From positions 5,768,001-5,832,000 of the forward strand of contig NW_024704743.1 of the NCBI RefSeq assembly GCF_018977255.1: a DNA stretch of 64,000 nt, read 5' to 3'. The DNA comes from Callorhinchus milii (taxonomy: Eukaryota). Below, one piece after another: positions 13,091 to 26,530 of this stretch. Below the pieces are notes generated by a model. That model was not told the DNA's origin and ran no database searches. It saw nothing but the letters and a program-made list of their open reading frames with translations. How positions within the stretch are numbered: position 1 is the stretch's first letter; every line of letters begins with the position of its first letter. A program made the position numbers and the translations under genes.

Positions 13091-15189
13091 TTATTTAGTA
13101 ACATTTAGCTTGACTGGCTCCGTCCTCCTGCTTGTCCCTTGTGCCCTTCGTTCCAACATTTGGCAGCCGCGCTTTCAACCGCCACGCCCCAAAACTCTGG
13201 AGCACTCTCCCTCAATCCCTCTGCCTTGCCCTCTCCTTGTCCCACTTCAGGTCGCTTTGACCGCTCCCCCCAGTTCATCGTCCCGCTCCGTCACTATTAA
13301 AATGATAGTGAAATGACCCCTGTAGGTTAGCTACAATGGTTCAGGATGATTTATAATGCCCTAATCCCCATGTGCTGTCTATTTGAAGGGAAATCACTGT
13401 CAAAATCATGGCCATTCACTGCCAAACGTGTAGTATAAACACATTATTGCAGCCTTGCTCCTTCTCTATTATACATATATTACCGAAATCAAGTCCGACT
13501 GGATCCCCAGCTTCAAATCGCGTACTTGTTTAAACTAAAGGCTTCAGACAGCTGGCTGAGATATCCTGTAATGCAGAACTGCACAATGTGTTTGCTTTAA
13601 GATGACGTGCCCTTGCCAGTCGAGGGGCAACTCCTAATGCAATTCACTGTGGGGCGTTTGATTCGATCATTGCACCGTGGAAATGTTAATACCAGCAGAG
13701 ATCAAATCAAACAGCGGCTGACTGCCCGCAAATCTGGAATGTGAAGATAAGTGCTTTTGCTGCATGTCATTTGGGGATTTATTTTCTCTGCGGCGTCTGC
13801 ACTTCGGAATTGACTTCAGATCAATTCCACACTCACTCACACATGATGCTAATTTGCAGCTTTAGAGTAAGAAAAAGACTTGAGAGTAATGGTCCAGCCA
13901 GTTACACCATGTACCCATGGGAACAATTCACAGAATGTACCTTTTCCAGTCATTTATATGATTTTGATCCCAAAGCGATGTGTTGACTGCAGTAGGGTTG
14001 GAAATCACTTCTAACTAAAGGAGGAAGAGCGAGAATAATTATTGATACAATTAAAAAACAATTTTAAGGCTTGCCTCACTTTGCCCCACACCCACCCTCT
14101 TAGACCCCAGGTTTGGGTGTCCAGCCAACCGTGCAAAGTGCTTTGAGATGTCCTTCCGTTGTGAAAGCTGCTTTATGAATGTAAATTGTATTATAAATTG
14201 TATATATTGCATTGATATCTACTAGCGACATTGTTTTTAATAACTAGCCAACTAAGCAATCACAATCTTTCCTATCGACACGTCTAAGCCATATTCAACA
14301 CGCTACTTAGTGTGACTCCTTTGAATATGTCAGTTTGTTTAAAATCTTTCTACGAACGACTGAGTCTGCCAGTTTCCCAATTGGTTTCAAAGTGACTCTA
14401 AAAACTGAGAACAGAGCTCAACTTGGTGGGAGCATTTATAGGAAACAGCCCTATTACTAGTGACTCTCTATGTCATTATGAATGTATGTTTGTGAATGTG
14501 TTATTAATAATTAGCAAAAACAATTCTTAAGCAATTATTTGACCCAAACACTACACATTTAGTCAACAATGAACAAACCCCAATTGATCTGTTCATTTTC
14601 ATCTTTAATTTAGTCCAATTCATGTTTTGTTTTGTCCATAAAATAAATCATTTCCATTTCTCAGGCATATTTCCTCCAAAATGTTGATACTTACAATGTT
14701 TCCCTTAAAACACACTTTCAGTTTCTCATTGTACATCCAATCCTCTCAGAAAGTTAAATTAAACTCATTCTGTATTTTCTGTAGTTTCAAGCAAGCTCTG
14801 TGGTTCAAACCTGAAAGCATTAAGCACACGGTAAAACAGACTGCAAGAAGTGATTAACATGCGACGGCAAATGATAATCATACCCCCTTAAAGTTGTCAT
14901 AATTGTCATGTTCCCATACAGTTGTGTTAATCTCAAGATAACGGGCTTTATCAGTTGTCACAATAAATGGGAAAACTTGTCAAATGACAATGGAATTAAA
15001 TAACAATCTTGCAAATGAATTTAGCGTTGTCATACAGTGGTTGTAAGGAGGTTTTGATCGTACACTAGAAGATAAGATAACTGCAGAGGCGAGCGTCAGG
15101 ATGCTGTAATACTACATTAATGGGCTTGAAAATGTGACGTTCAACATGAGACACGTGTTTGCCGAAATTCATGCCCTCTGAATGAAAGG

Positions 15190-15935
15190 CACCTCAGGTG
15201 CTGACAGCATCAACCTACATGGATGCACACAAAACCACGCTGAGCCAATGTGGAACCTTGGTGTCTTGTTCAACTCTCAGCTGTCCTTTAAACCCTACAT
15301 CCGTGCCTTGACCTCTTCAGCTTTCCCCCACCTCAGCCACATTGCCTGCTTTCACTACTATCTTTCCCCTCAGGCCACTGAGATTCTTATCCTCGCCTTT
15401 ATCACACGCAGGCTTGACTCTACCAACTCTCTGCTCACTGGATTTCCCAATTCCTCTCTTCACAAGCTGTAGACAATTCAGAATTCTGCAGTTCATGTCC
15501 TCTGCTGCACCAGGCTCCACGAACCTATCAGTCCCATCCTCGCCCGGCTTCACTGACCCCCAGAAGATTGAGCTCAAGATACTTATCCTAACATTTTAAA
15601 GTCCTCTATGCTCTTGCCTCACCCTATCTCTGTGACCTTTTAAAGTCTTACTTACCCACTCACTCCCTCCGCTCAGCAGGCACTGGTTCCCCATCCTGCT
15701 CGCCCCAGTAGTGGTCAAGCCTTTCTGCCTCAGAAAAGCTTGACTCCAGTCCAGTGTCCCTTCGCCTCACTCTTTCCCTCGCCTCCTCCAGACTGCACTT
15801 TTTGTCATCTTCCTACCCCCACCCCCCTTGGAACCCACCCCTCCCAAATTCAACCCCCACCTCTGACGCAAACCCTCATCTGTCCAGCACCTGGAGACGT
15901 TCTCCCAATGTGAATAAATGCAATTTGCTCTTGCT
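15190..15935 (+). mobile_element. L2 LINE 3' fragment
   Basis: NLGVLFNSQLSF...FITRRLDSTNSLLTGFP followed by a degenerate L2 tail. Confidence 0.85.
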
Positions 15936-16589
15936 GCTCTTGTACAATGGTTTGATAAAACCATATATATATGGTTTTATTCCTTCACTGAAATTCCTCA
16001 AAACATTTTATGTGAATTTTATCACGCTGTGTGCAAATTGACTGCTATGGTTTACCTGTAAATACAATCATGACACTTCAGTTTCCAAATTTAGCTGAAG
16101 TAATTGTTAGCCAGGATGCTAGGAAAAACTCGCTTCTCTTTTCGGATAGTGCTATGGTGTGTTTAACATCCACCTGAACAGACAAACTGGGCCTCGGTTT
16201 AATATCTCATCAGAAGAACGGCACCTCCAGTTATGCAGCACTTCTCCAACACTGCTTTGGATTGTCAACTTAGACAGGGAGTTCAAAGTCCCAAAGTGAG
16301 AGTGCTATCGACTAAACCAGATTGACATCTTCAGGGGAGCTTCGGGGATACCTCTTATTGCATATATTGTATTTGATATCACATCTGTAAGCATCATTCA
16401 GTGTCACGTTGGTTGTAATACAAGAAAATAGAAATGCGTAAGATTAATAAAGTCATTAAAATCTGTAATAACATTCTATTATTGGTCTCTACCTCACTCC
16501 CTCTGTGCCCATTATAAATGTAACTTAATGACTCCTGGAACTGTCAACACAATCTATCTCATATTACAAAAGGTCCATATGCTCACCAC

Positions 16590-18335
16590 AATAACAACAA
16601 CCACAACAACAACACATGACATTTGTATAGCGCCTTTCATGTCAGGAGGACGACCCAAGGTGGTGGACAGTTAGGGATCCGCACCCGAGCTGGTGGTTGG
16701 GATCAGGAAGGGTGGAGGGAGGGGAGAGTAGGGGTAGGAGGGTGACCGAATGCACGGTCAAAGAAGAGGATCTTGAGACGGGCGTTGAAGGAGACAAGGG
16801 AGGGGGCGAGGTGGACGGAGTGTTGGATGGTGTTCCAGAAGGTAGGGGCAGAGAGGATGAAGGTCCGCTCGCCAATGGTGCGGCAGGCAAGGCGGGTCAC
16901 ATGAAGGTCAGAGCCTGCTGAGTGGAGAGAGCGGACAGATTGGTAGGGTTAGGAGGTCACAGAAGTAGGGAGGAAGAAGGCCGTAGAAGGCTTTGAAGGT
17001 AAGGATCAGGAACTTAACTGTATCCTCTGAGCGTTGGGGAGCCAGTGGAGTCGGGTGAGGATGTGGGTGATAGGATCATGGAGCCTGGTGCGGGAGAGGA
17101 CATTTTGCATTGCATGGATGTGATGAATGCGTGGATAAGGGTCTCTGTGGCCTGCAGTGAGAGACAGTGGCGGAGCCGGGCAATGTTGAGGAGGTGGGGA
17201 AAGGAGGAGCGGGTCATGGCACGGATGTGGGGGATGAAGGACAGTTGAGGATCGAACAGGACGCTGAGGTTCTGTATTGACTCCGTGAGGTGTAGAGTGC
17301 ATCCATGAAGAGTGATGCTGTCAGCGCCCGAGGTATGGAGGAGCTGACAGGAGCCAAGCAGGAGGGTCTCGGTCTTGTTGACGTTCAACTGGAGAAAGTT
17401 ACTCTCATCCAGGACTTGATGTCCGACAGCCAGTCTGTGAGGACAGCAGTGGTCCTGGAGTTGAGGGTGGAGGCAGAAAGATAGAGTTGGGTGTTATCTG
17501 CATACATGTGGAAGTTGATACCATGTCTACAGATGATGTTACCAATTGGAAGCATGTAGATGTTGAAAAGGAGGGGATCAAGGACAGAGCCCTGAGGGAT
17601 GCCACACATGATGGTGTGGGGGCTGGAGGAGAAGCCATGACCCGAGACAAAGTGGAGACGGTGGGAGAGGTAGGATTTGAACCAGGAAAGAGCAGATCTG
17701 TGAAGATTGAGCTGAGAGGAGAGGTGGTTGAGGAGGATAGAATGGTCTACAGTCTTGAAGGTAGCAAAGAGGTCGAGGAGGACAAGGAGGCAGAGAGAGC
17801 CCTGATTGCAGGTGGGCAGAATATCGTTAGTGATTTTCACCAGGTCTGCGAGCAGCACGGAAACCCGATTGGAAGGGTTCATAAAGGGAATGGCAGGAGA
17901 GTAAAGAGTGAAGCTGGGACATGACGATTTGTTCCAGGGCTTTGGAGAGGAAAGGGAGGTTGGAGATGAAGAGTAATGATGGGTCCAGGGAAGGGTTTTT
18001 CAGGATGGGGGTGATGAAAGTTGTTGTTTAAGGGGATGAGAACAGCGCCAGTGGATAAAGAGAGGATGATGATGTCGGTTAAAAGAAGAGCCAGGAGGTG
18101 GAGCTGGGAGGTTAGGAGAGGGGTGGGGATGGGGTCGAGGGAGCAGGTGGTGGGCTTGATTTTTCAAATGATGGAGGTGAGGGAAGAGGGGGAGACAGAG
18201 TCGAAGGTGTGTAAGGAGGGGTGGGTCAGGGCCGTGGTGTGAGGGGAAGGTGGGGAGGTGGTAGCGGTAGACGGGGGAGAAGCTAGCTGAGCAAATCCCC
18301 TCGATTTTGGACTCAAGGAAATCCAACACTACCAC
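16590..18335 (-). mobile_element. L2 LINE, 5'-truncated, with reverse transcriptase (frameshifted)
   Basis: RT motifs LLVLLDLFATFKTVDH, GIPQGSVLDPLLF and HMYADNTQLY, then LHWLP and a (TTG)n tail. Confidence 0.92.
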
Positions 18336-19399
18336 ATGCAGAGGAGACAAATGATACCCTTGTCCAGCTAACATCGCAAGTGGTGAAACTGCTGACTGCT
18401 TCTCACTGGCTAACAAAACATCGTCTGTCAGACCTGCCTAATCCTACTGTTTCATGGACCTCTGCAGTTGACTGCACCAACGGCAGCTGCTAAAGTGGTT
18501 GGAAACTGATTTCACAAAGTTAACCTACTGTGAACAAATGTTGAGCTAATGAAGTCTGACTCCGCTCTTTATGTGCACAGTGTTGCATCCTTCCTCAGAC
18601 ACTATTTAATCGCCGCAGATGTGTTTTATCCACAAATATTGCATGATCTAATGCTGTTGGGAACGGATATTTGAAGTGTTGGGATGCTGACAGGCTTTAA
18701 AATATTGTCCTCTGGACACGACGGGTATTTTTAGCCTGAAAGTCACTATATTTCTCAATAGAATCTTTACTTTGGAAACCTAAACTCACAGTGGAGGTCA
18801 CCCCCAATGTTGAGAGAAATGGGACTGAAAAAGATCAACTAAGAAGCGACGGATAGGTGACAACAAGTATAGGTTTTAAAATTTAGAAAATTTGTTTTAC
18901 TAAAATAAAATAAGAATAATTTGATATAGCGCCTTTCACAGAGGGAGGACGTCTCAAAACGCTTCACAGGATAGACTGTAAAGCGTGATGACTCTATTTT
19001 GTAGGTGAAACGGATAGGAGAGAATCGATAAAACTAAAAACGGTTGCAGTTAAAATCAGCAACTTTATATGTTTGAAGTAACCTTCTGCCATCATTACTG
19101 TACGTCAAATTCTAATTAGCTTTTATTGCCAGCTTCCGATTTAAGTCAACGTGTTTAATTACAGATTTTTTAAACTATAACTGAATTTTTTATATAAGTT
19201 GAACTTTGCAATTTTATTAATGTGAGGTGCCACACCATTTGGTAGCACTCTCACCTCTGGGTCAGAAGATTGCTGGTTCAAGTCCCGAGTCAGGAGTTTA
19301 AGATCATAGCCTAAGCTGAAGTCCACGCAGTGCATTGTCAGCGCCGTTTATTTTTGGATGAGATGTTAAACCAAGGGTCTCATCTGCCTTCTTTTAAGT

Positions 19400-20680
19400 G
19401 GACTCTCAACTCCCCCTCCTCTGCCCACGGCTGGCAGACACAATAAATCAGTTCCTCCCCTCAGGCTACTCTCGATCCCTTCGACCTCACTCACTATCAT
19501 CCCATTTCAAACCTGCCCTTCCTGGCCAAAGCCCTGGAGCGCGTTGTTACAAATTCTGCATACTCCACTCCCTACTCGAACCCCTCCAGTCTGGTTTTCG
19601 CCTGGCCCACAGCGCAGAGACAGGGCTCATCAAAGTAACAAATGCCATCCTCTCTCTCTGTGACCAGGGCTCCCTTCTACCTGCTCATCCTCCTGGATCT
19701 GTCCGCCACGTTCGACTCAGTCGACCACACCATCCTCCTTCACCACCTCTCCTCCCTTATCCACCTTGGTGGGACCGCATTCGCATGGTTCAAGTGCTAC
19801 TTGACTAACCACCAGCATTTCATCTCGGCCAATGGTTATTCCTCCCGGCACCGCCTGGTCACCTGCGGGGTACCCCAAGGCTCAATCCTTGGCCCCCTTC
19901 TTTTTCTTATCTACATTCTCCCTCTCAGCGATGTCATCCACAGTCATGGGTTCAACCTCCATGCGGATGACACTCAAATCTACTTCTCCTCCAGCTGTGA
20001 CCTCCCAGTCCACTGATGTCCTGTGAGCTTGTTTGACAGACATTAAAGCCTGAATGAGCACAAATTTCCTGCAGTTGAATGTCGGCAAGAAGGAAGCCAT
20101 ACTCTGACTCCCATCAACGTCTTATCTCCTGCGGGTCTGAACTCCTCAACCTCTCTGGGCTCTCCCTCAGACTCTCCAAAACTCTGCACAACTTAGACAT
20201 CAGGTTCAATCCCCAGCTTTCCTTTCTACTACACATCCGTTCCCTACCAAGACCCCATTTGTCCACCTCCTCTATATGCCCACCTCCGTCCTTACGTCAC
20301 AGCCACAGCAGCCGAAACCCTCATCTACATCTTTGTCACTTCCCAGCTGGACTTTTCTAATGTCCTTCTCGTTGGTCTCCCCAGTTACACCATAATGGCT
20401 CTGCCTCCTATTTGCCCCTCGTGCCCTCCGTTCCACAGTCGGTGGACGTGCCTTCAGCCACTACGCCTCAAAACTCTGGAACTCTCTCCCTCAATCCCTC
20501 CATCTTGCCCCCTCCTTCCCCACCTTCAAATCTCACTTAAAGACCTTCCTTTTTGATCTTGCTTACGGTCACCTCCCCCCTCCCTCTCCCCCTGGTTCAT
20601 TGTCAATCTCCGCCGCTGTGAAGCGCTCCAGGACGCTACCCCATGTGAAGGGCGCTAAATAAATGCAACTTGTTGTTGTT
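19400..20680 (+). mobile_element. L2 LINE RT fragment, second subfamily
   Basis: QSGFRLAHSAET, LLDLSATFDSVDH, GVPQGSILGPLLF and HADDTQIY. Its tail (GCGCTCCAGGACGCTACCCCATGTGAAGGGCGC plus (TTG)n) differs from the other L2 group. Confidence 0.9.
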
Positions 20681-22209
20681 GTGGATATTCAAACCAGCAC
20701 ATAGAGAACAAGGAAGAGATGCCCTCTCAATTAGTCTGAGCTGGATTTGAGCTTGAATCCTGGAAGTGAAAAGAATAGCATGTTAATTCAGTCCTCTGAA
20801 ACAGCAACAGAAAATCACCAGGTCATAAGTTACCAGATAAAAAACACAGTCATTGCAAAACTGCTAACTTCAAAAATTGGTAAGAATCACAGTGGGATTC
20901 CTAATTTAGAAACTGCTTATTCAAAAAATATTGTGACTGAAAGACATCATTTTGGTTGCCTAAATTTGCTTGACATCATTACTGAAGACACCTGTAAGTC
21001 AAAAAGTGCAACGAATGTTCAGTACTTAAAACGTTAATCCACTTCACCAGCTTCAGATTCAACCCATCAGACTTTCACATCAGCGTACTTAATAGAAAAA
21101 ATAAATGTGGTTCAGTTTGGTCCTGTCATCCTTTGCTGATAAAAAATGTTTCAGATGTTACAGATGGGGTGCAATTAAGGAACTGTCTCATATGTGAGAC
21201 ACGTTGTGATTGATCTTGGCTGAACAAAAACGCGAGTGAGACAAATAAGTTTGTTTCTGGCTTTGTTTGAGATTAAATTATTTCAATGTGTCACTTCTAC
21301 AGGCACATTTCTCCATTAACCCTTGACTCTCACTGACTCTCGATACAGAGAATAAAGGATGCCTGCAAGTGAACACAAGGCAACGCTCTATCGCTTACTG
21401 GGTTATGTGACACTGTAGACTGGGAGCCTACAGGACAGAATTTAAATGGCTAACTTGAAATTGCTGGAACTCATTGTTTGTAAGAAACATTCGTTTTGTA
21501 ACGTGGTCTCGTTTAATACAAGAAAAATGATCAGGAGGAAGGTCAACAAGTTTGGTTCCACTTGGATGAGCCATGAGGAACGTGTAGAGGAAATATCTCA
21601 GAGTGAACCTAACAGAGGTATTTAAGATGCTAAATGGGGTAAAGAAAGTGAACCCAGAACAGTACCTTAAGCTGGACCATGGCAGGAAGCTCACGGGGAA
21701 ATCCTTGGTACCTGCCATCCACCTAGTGAGGGCTCGAACCCACGCTTGTCACATGTCAAAGAAACAGACATTGACTGCTCTCCCAGGGGGGAGGGGGGAG
21801 GGAAAGGGGGAAATGGGGGAAAGGCAGGTTAAGTAAACATATCACCTTGGAGCTGAACCGGGCTGGAAGTTCTGGGAAGCCCTAGGATTACAGTAATTCT
21901 ATTTTGTGCGCTGTGCCTCAATGATGCTACAATGAGAAATGGAGTTTTGAATATAGGCCGTGTGATTGATATTTACATTAGTCAGAATGATGAGTTCAGC
22001 CAAGACTTATATTGTGACTACCATCTGTCATTGATTGCTCTGAAGGAGATAACAATGGATCTACAGAAAAATACCAGGGCAATGGAGTGCAAACCAGATG
22101 TAGATGATGCATGGATAAGAGTAGACTCACTGTAGAAAAAGAAGAGAGGAAGTCAGAGAGATAACAGAGAATAGATCAAGGGGCGAGGGATCATAATAAC
22201 TCCGGATAA

Positions 22210-22605
22210 TAAAATAATAATAATCCTTGCATTTGATATAGAGCCTTAGCATGTCATCGAGATGTCTCAAAGCGCTTCACGGAATATACTGTAATGTGAA
22301 TTGACTGTATATTTTGTGGGTGAAATGTGGCTGCCAAATTCGCACAGCAGTTTCCCACAACCAGTCGTGAATTGAGTGACCAAATTATTATTATTTTATT
22401 CATTATTTATTTAGTTTAGTTTTGAAGGGAGTATTAAACCTGGAAAAGCAATCTTCCAATCGATTAACAACCGGGTTCCTACTTACTGCTAGGTAAACAG
22501 AGGTGTGTAGAGTAAGGAAACTTTCCTAACATTTTACATTGTCCGGGAGTTGAAGCCAGGTCCTCTCGCTTGCAAGGCGCGTGCTCTAATCCAACGCTAC
22601 AGGAT
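22210..22605 (-). mobile_element. tRNA-derived SINE, long form (diverged)
   Basis: Head, internal block and tail are all recognisable. Confidence 0.85.
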
Positions 22606-24939
22606 GCTACGCCATAGAGAGAATGCACGTTCAGTCTGATTAACAGACTACGGGGTAAAATTTGCAGTGTTAAGCCTGCACATTGGCATCAAGAGGCACT
22701 AGGTGGCAGTGTAGCCCTCCAAGTAAGTGGACTCTTCAGAACAAATGACTGTGACTTTTGATGATAATGATCCTTGCATTCGACATAGCACCTTATCACA
22801 TGATCGAGACCTCTCAAAGCGTTTCACGGGACACACTGGTGTCACTGTTTGTGTTTTGTGGGTGAAATGCAGCAGCCAATTTTGCACAGAGCAATATCGC
22901 TCAAACAACCATATTGTGAACTGATATCACTGAAGTTATTACTGAAACTGTAGGCCCTAGAGTGCTTACGTTTTATTTGTATAATATTTATGTTCCAAGG
23001 TCGATCCGCCGAAGAGGGAAGAAATCCATACTCTCCTTGACCAAAATGGTACTTTGTACCAATCAAACTGTCTTACGCCTGAAGACCTTAGTCTTCGACT
23101 ATGCTTACAGTCACATCCCCCCTCCCCCCGGATCGGCATCAGGCTCCGCCACTGTTAAGCGCTCCAAGGTACTACCCCGCCTGGAGGGTATTACATAAAT
23201 GCAAGTTTTTGTTGTTTTTGGTCTAGCCCCAAACACAGAGACGCCATTATTTTTCTTAAAAACCTAAATAGAGTTTAGTTCGAAAAATGGTTTGTTTTTG
23301 ACACAGGTTTAGTTAATGTTCACAAGGCTGCCAGACGATCAATGTGTTTCACGTACTCCTTGTGACGTTAAATGTCCTTTGACTGGTAAGGGCAATGATC
23401 AAACATTTCCTACAGGAGGCTAATTGAATGATCTGTCGCCTATGACATTGCTCAGTTCCTTTGTCACTTCTTATCCCAATTATCCTTTAATCAAACTAAG
23501 ACATGTGAGACAGATTGTCCTCCCTGGTGATCTGGGAAAACAAACTAATGGCTTTTTAAACTTACTGCACTGGGTGGAAGCTATAAAAAGTTGAAGCAAT
23601 CTGCACCCACCTACTGTTAGTTTATACGACGAGCCCACCAGGAAAGAGCTATTGTTATCTTTTGCTATTTACAAAGCTTTTTTGTTGTTGTGTAGTACGG
23701 GCGGGCTTCTATTTGGTTTCTGGCTCCACATATCTGTGGTGGAAACAATCCCCTTGAAACCTGTTTTTGATTTAACGATTAGCTTTGACCAAACTTGAGA
23801 TTCCAGGCTGGAGTCAGGCGATCATCATGCGATGGTCAGGATCCTGGAACGCACACCATAATGATCAGTGGGGAGGTGCTGCATTAGATAAACCGAGCCT
23901 CAGCCTCTGAAGGAGTCTGAAGAGGTTGACGAGCTTCCATTAGAGAGTATCACCAATGTATTTGCATCTGAGTCATTTATAATAATAATCTTTGCATTTC
24001 ATATTGCAACTTAGCAAACTAACTAACGTCTCAATGCACTTCATGGGATTTACTGCAACGTGCAGTGACCGTGTAATTGTAGGTCAGCACAGCAGCCAAT
24101 TTGCGCTCAGAAATGTTCCACGCACAGGCATGAAGTAAATGAACTTTTTTGTCTCTCTCGCTCTCTCTCTCTCTCGGGGATTATTGGCCAGGACACTGGG
24201 AGAAACTGCCTTCTCTTTTCAATTACTAGCATGGGATCTTTAACATCCACTCGAACAGGAAGACTGGACCTCAAGTTAAATATCTCATCGCTAGGCGTAT
24301 ATTTAAATTGATCTATATTCTAAATTCAAATAGATACTGGGTCCAACACACACTCTTTTACTTTTACTTTTACTTTATAGCTGTGAGCAAATTGGCTGCT
24401 GTACTTCCCGATAAATTTTGTGAAGTTTTGAGACGCGTTTTTGACAGGAAAGTCGCGACATCAAATGCAAGGATTCTTATTATTAATAATAATTTCATCC
24501 CTATATTTTAGAGAAAACAGAAATAGTCACAAGTTCACACTACTGTTTGGTAAGTCCAATAACACTTTATTATAGAAAATAAAATACAAATGTTTGGAAA
24601 GATATGACATATTTTTTAAAATTCCTATCGCCATATATACCCTATATGTTGCTTAAACTACCGTGTTTATGCAATAAACAACACAGAATAAACATATGTA
24701 TTTTGATAATAGTCATTTGACGTGCTTGTGTTGCATTCGATTCACTTGCAGAATAAAACTTGTCAAAATATTTTAAAAAGACGGTAGCAATCAAAACTGA
24801 TCAAGATTTTGCAGGACATTTTGGCACAGGGTTTGAAAAACAAATACACGCTTTTTAATCTCAAGCAAATGAAGTTGGGAAAGGGGCTCTACAAATATAT
24901 TTGTTGTGGTTGTTGCACCAACACGTTTGCTATGAAACT

Positions 24940-25750
24940 TCGTATCTCCCGATGGCTTCTCCTGCTGCGCCCACACCTTCCTCACCTTCTCAGCTCAAGT
25001 GCTGACAGTATCAATCTACCTGGATGCATGATCCACCTCACGAAGCCAGTGCAGAACCACAGGGTTTTGTTCAAATTTCAACTGTCCTTTAAACCCCACA
25101 TCCGTGCTCTGACCCATTCAGGTTTCCCCCACCTCCACAGCATTGCCTGCCTCCAGCACTACTGCTTCGCTTGAGCAGCCGAACCCCCTTAACCGATTAC
25201 ACTACACCAACTCTCTGCTCACTGGACTTTCCAACTCTTCCCTCCACAAGCTGCAGATCATCTAGAACTCTGCAGCTCGCGTCCTCTCCCTCCCCTATCA
25301 CCCCCACCCTCGCCCGGCTCCACTGGCTCCCCATCCTCCAGAGGATTGAGTTAATGATGCTTGACCTCACTTTTAAATCCCGCCAGTTTTTCCCCTCCTT
25401 ACCTCTGTGACTTCTAAAACTTTACCAACCCGCCTGCTCCCTCCACTCAGCTAGCAACGGCCTGCTTCACATCCCCCACCCTGTCTGCCCCACCAGGGCT
25501 TTCAGTCTTTCTATCCCACAATCTGGAAGGTCATCCTGGAGTCTCTTTGCCTCACCTCTTCCCTTGCCTCCTTTAACGCCCATCTCAAGACCTTCCTCTT
25601 CGGCTGGGCCTTCAGTCATCTTCCAGCCCCCCCTCCCCTCCACACCACCTTGACTCCCACCCCACCCTCCTGAATCTAACTCCCAGCTCGACTGTCCAGC
25701 ACGTTGGGATGTCCCCTCGACATGAAAAGCACCATATAAATGCAATTTCT
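24940..25750 (+). mobile_element. L2 LINE 3' fragment
   Basis: [19 protein letters not shown] motif and L2 tail. Confidence 0.85.
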
Positions 25751-26039
25751 TGTAATTGTTGTGATTGAGATCGAAGTACCCAAAAGGACTGTTCCTTGTT
25801 CTTCCTAATAACTTCTAAAATTCATGTGACAACAACCATCAGTTAGTTCCTCTTGCGAATCTTCGCTGAAACAATTCAATTTAAAACACAAAATCCTGGA
25901 AATGCTGCAGGTTAGAAGAATTACATCTGAATCCCTGTCTTTCTCTCTCATGTGTGGAGTGACATGCTGCTGTCATTTACGTTTCAAATTTCGCAATTGC
26001 TAACATAGCTTCCCCACTAATTTCTCTTTTAGGACATTA

Positions 26040-26530
26040 GAGGGTTGGGACAAGGGAGGGTGGTGGGAGGGTAGGAGGGTGGCCGAAAGCACGGTCAAAG
26101 AGGAGGGTCTTGAGAAGTGCCTTGAAGGAGGCAAGGGAGGGAACGAGGTGGAGGGAATGTGAGGTGGAGTTCCAGAAAGTGGGGGCAGAGAGGCTGAAGC
26201 CTTGACCGCCAATGGCGAGGTGGGCCGAGCTCGGGGAAGTGGAGCAGACCAGAGCCTGCCGAGCAGGGGGCTTAGCAGGTCACAGAGAAGGGGCAAGGCT
26301 GTGGAGGTGAGCACGAGGATTTTGAACTCTATCCTTTGAAGGATGGGGAGCCAGTGTAGCCGGGCGAAGGTGGGGGTGATGGGGTCACAGTGCTTGGTGC
26401 AGGAGAGGACACGAGCTGCAGAGTTCTGGATGATCTGCAGCTTGTGGAGGGAAGAGTTAGGAAGGCCGACAAGCAGGGAGTTGGCGTAGTCGAGCCTGGA
26501 TGTGATGAACACATGGATAAAGGTTTCACC
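26040..26530 (-). mobile_element. L2 LINE 3' fragment
   Basis: [17 protein letters not shown]...[12 protein letters not shown]...[15 protein letters not shown]. Confidence 0.9.

Noticed and set aside
21930..22140. Possible L1/Tx1 endonuclease remnant (IDIYISQ...DYHL)
   Set aside because: Similarity is too weak to support without a profile search.
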